From Octopus sinensis (taxonomy: Eukaryota), in NCBI RefSeq assembly GCF_006345805.1, contig NW_021833831.1, positions 1-54,163 of the forward strand: a DNA stretch of 54,163 bases. Direction: 5' to 3'. The notes under the pieces are model-generated. The model ran no database searches and was not told the origin of the DNA. It was given only the letters and a program-made list of their open reading frames with translations. Both the position numbers and the translations under genes were made by a program. This document shows, piece by piece, positions 50,360-54,163 of this stretch (its first letter is position 1; every line of letters starts with the position of its first letter).

Positions 50360-50870
50360 TGCCCCTGGTTCAAATATAATTGACCAATTGTAGAGATCGA
50401 TAGACTTCGGTCTATCTCATTGCGGACAAGAGGTGGTGTTCTCTGTAATATTCCAGTAAGTACACTATCATAAAAACCCTACGGCATTGTTTTGGATAAA
50501 TATCAGTCAGAGAATTTTACGAAAACATAGGTACTGCTCTTTTTATAGACATGTCAGCAATTTTCGTGTATTTTTTTTTTTTTTGCTATCTTCTTTTCAC
50601 AACTTTCAAAACATCCTGGTTCCCCTTTTATATGGAAACAATCAGAAAAAAATCCTTTCTCAAGACCATTGCTTGATTCTTCTTCTGCCTACCGACTTCG
50701 AAGCCCTATGATGGTAGGTTGTATGATTTTAATATATTAGGCCTCCAGGCTTCTTCTCTAGGCCATGCTTTCTTTCCTATTCCCTCTTCCGTTTGCTTAT
50801 TTTTTGGACACTTTTGCATTCACTCTGATGAAGCTCCATCTGCTAGTTCGAATATCCTATGAAGATGAAG
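50360..50870 (+). mobile_element. Possible very decayed Penelope GIY-YIG/pLTR remnant
   Basis: FKYN*..RGGVLCNIP..KPYG and ISQRILRKHRY; CTGATGAAG..TTCGAAT at ~50825-50853. Confidence 0.35.
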
Positions 50871-51021
50871 AATATTCTTTCCGTAATTCTTTCGTAGGCA
50901 CTGACTGATATCGGAAGCGGGGAAAGAATTGCTATGTCACATAAATGTTATGTTTTGTATTAAATAATTAGCTACACATGTAGTCCGATTGATTTGTTAA
51001 TCTAAAGTTTTCTCCATTTCC

Positions 51022-51075
<54 letters not shown>

Positions 51076-51287
51076 TGTATGTATGTATGTATATAAGAAT
51101 CTTTACGTCGTATGACTCAGGTCCACACGACTTAAAGATTTCTAGGTGCAAAGGAAATGTCCATCTCATCAGATGCCACTAGCATCTGACAAGACGGGCT
51201 TGAGTCAAAATTTTTATTTATATGTGTGCATAATTATTATATATAATATAGATATATATATATATAGATTTATCGCATATATGCACA

Positions 51288-51337
<50 letters not shown>

Positions 51338-51501
51338 GTATGTATATATATATACAAGCCTGCTTAGCAATCTCATGGTTCAGGGTTCAGTTCCACTGCC
51401 ACACACATAGGGCCTGTGTTTCTACTGTAGTCCTGGTCCGATTAATGCCTGGCAATTTGGTATACTGAAACAGTGTGGAAACCTGATGTATATTATATTT
51501 G

Positions 51502-51544
<43 letters not shown>

Positions 51545-52844
51545 CAGTGTTAGTTGCTCCCTGTCGCTCTTGACCTTCTGTTCAATGCAGTTCGATCTTG
51601 GAACAGTAGTAATATTCACTGAAGCACAACGGAGGACAGTTGTACAGTTTCAGGACGATCCATGTCTGTGTGGGCTAGCACTCTATAAAATTGATCATTA
51701 TATCTTAAAAAGAGTAGAGCCAGATTTTTTTAATTACCATACGCTTTTATACAAATTCGTAATTAACTTCTTGGAATATTTGATAGAATGCCCGTGTAAA
51801 TTTCATTTTGAAGCTGTTTTAGGAAGGACCAATATCAGTTTTTTTTCTATGGAGAGGTTTTATGAGTCTTTATCCAATATGCAACTCCTTTTATCAGATA
51901 ATTACCATCCGGGGTCTTTGAAATTGCATTAAGATCCGTAATCCTATTGAGATACGTAATCCTAAGTTGGGCTTTTAGTAACCTCATTTTATTTTCTGCG
52001 ATAATTTTTTATTTCTTGCTTCCACTTTAATTCTACAGTAATAATTTGCAACGCCTTATTTTTGATAAAATCTTTCTTACTGTTTCTGATATCAAATTTT
52101 CGATATCCTTATTTTTGATTTGATTCAGCTTAGTGTTTATATGTTTTTCCATAACTATTTATCACTTTTACCCAACAGAAACCCGTTATTTTGAAAAGTA
52201 GTTGACCAGTCAACCATAAATATTTATTCCAAGTGTTTGTGATCATGAATACTTACGAATACTTATAAACTATTGTGTTCTTCCGTATACACAAGGCTGT
52301 CTGAGGAATAAGTCTTTTCAGCTTCAATAAAATAATATTTTACTCTACTTTTGGTATTCGAATACTATTTCTTCCACTTTGCTTGGCACCTATGTACTCA
52401 TTGTAACAGTGTACAATATAGGTAACGCATACCATTACTAAAACACCTATAAAATATGTAGAAATAGTTACTTCTTTCATTTTTCCATCTAGCCTGAACA
52501 CTGTGCTTATAATTACGGAACTTGAAACTACAAAGCTCGTAAAATAGCTTTAATCACACCAAAATTAATTTTTTTAAATAGTTATGCCGCAGCTTAATAA
52601 CAATTACATTTAATGAACCAAATCTTTATCTGTAGTGTCATACGCCACAACAATTCAGATAGATTTGGGAGAATATTGCCGCGAGAATATGCCACGAAGG
52701 AAATGCATTTAATTTCTAAACAGACACTTTTGGATCTGTTGGGAAACTGCGTCTTCGTGAGGATTTTATTTGTTAACTATAATTGAAACTATTTTTCGGT
52801 CATGTAGTCTTGAGCAGTTCTCCAAAAGACAGAGGCACATATCG

Positions 52845-53316
52845 TTTTCAGGGTTCTTAGAATGGTAAACGGAAATGAACTGTTTACTCTCAAAGCCACC
52901 CAAGGACCAAGTGATGCTTATTTGGTGATATATTACTATCGAAATGCATTCACTGCCTTCGTTTCATTTGAAAAAAATATGGAGAATTTACAGAAATAAC
53001 TATTATTAAACTAGTAGTTGGAATCTAAATTAACATGGAATTCTGATGGATGGTTTTAATTCAGATCACCTTAAGACATAGATACCATAGGTGGTCTCAG
53101 ATAGGTTGGTATAAAATGTGTCAAGTTGGCCATGATGAATATAAAACCTTCATGGCACTCTGTCCAACGCTCTACCAATTATGCTAGACTGTCGCCTACA
53201 GACTTGTACTTACTTAGTACAACTCGAAAATATAAAAGGCAAATTTTCAGGGTTCTTAGAATGGTAAACAGGAATGAACTGTTTACTCCCAAAGCCACCC
53301 AAGGACCAAGTGATGC
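52845..53316. repeat. 73-bp direct repeat (52845-52917 and 53244-53316) in a possible mariner remnant
   Basis: ttttcagggttcttagaatggtaaac..aaagccacccaaggaccaagtgatgc occurs twice; LSPTDLYLL weakly resembles LAPSDYHLF. Confidence 0.8.
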
Positions 53317-54163
53317 CTATCTAGACGATATATATCTGTCGATTTGAACTCGGGACATTGGAAACTAACGTAAATTCTGCAAGATATTTCATCCTATAAT
53401 CTCACGATTCTGCCAGTTCTCCCCACTGCTGACATACAGATTAAATTTCTTTTCTACTCGAGGCACATGGTCCGACACACAGAATATATTTGTTTGCCAA
53501 ATGTCTAATTTGTAATACATATGACTGACAATGTGCATAGTTTGCAAAACAAATGGCTCACGATATATAAGAGTATGACACATAATTTATGATATGTTTC
53601 TAAAACAAATGACATACCATACATATATAAGTGTATAAAACATATGACTGACATCTTTGTAAAACAAACGGTAGACGATACTTAAGTTTGCAACATAAAT
53701 CATGCAATGATTTTTTAAAAATATTTTCTATAAATAAAAAAACAAGATTAAGAAATAATCATTCTCAGTGTAGCTTATTGCTGGTGCTTCTGCGTGTGGT
53801 ATCCACGATTTTTACATTGTCAAATTTCCCCTTGCCTTAAATATCAATCTTGTTAAAGAAACTTCGTTGCAGTAGAGACGGCATACGACATTTACATAAA
53901 TCTCCGATATGGTTTCCTAATGTTTCTTGGTTCCACTGTAAACTCTGGCATTAACTTTTGTGCGGAGAACGATTATTACATATCAAATGTAAAATGTTAG
54001 ATTTGATTGATACAGGTTTCATTATTCTTACAAAACTCGACATTAGGAAATTAATTTTGGCAGTTTCGGACATGACTAAATCTTTCAGGATCAATAACGA
54101 TGGGTTTCATGTAATGGAAATTGAATATATATGGTTTGGGAATACTATTGTTGACTTAATCTC

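Noticed and set aside
51600-52400. Possible Penelope-like RT remnant on minus
   Set aside because: Only faint motif resemblance (KTHK, ILSNI) across many stops; cannot be supported without an HMM search.

Overview
AT-rich, microsatellite-saturated metazoan DNA. The SINE families and repeat landscape suggest an octopod cephalopod (inference). The only host coding sequence is at the left edge: the first coding exon (minus strand, 1-171, truncated by the window) of a class A peptide-type GPCR. The rest looks like its upstream region or a very large 5' intron, filled with decayed retroelements (R4/Dong-type RT-RLE LINEs in (TAA)n/(GAA)n, RTE, CR1, Penelope-like elements), Tc1/mariner fragments and several tRNA-derived SINE families. 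Almost all ORFs in the track are microsatellite read-through. The main unexplained signal is about 15 hammerhead-ribozyme (HHR) or HHR-like motifs from at least 6 unrelated repeat families, most in fold-back elements bordered by (TA)n. The best case is an ORF-less ~483-bp unit present as 2.5 tandem copies plus an inverted partial copy (29419-30955), with a complete type I hammerhead in three places: a retrozyme-like or Penelope pLTR-derived array. Also notable are two minimal hammerheads with a compensatory A3-U8 core and an intact hammerhead at 35101-35189. All folds and alignments were done by eye and nothing was searched. Repeat boundaries are approximate unless a TSD or motif is quoted.
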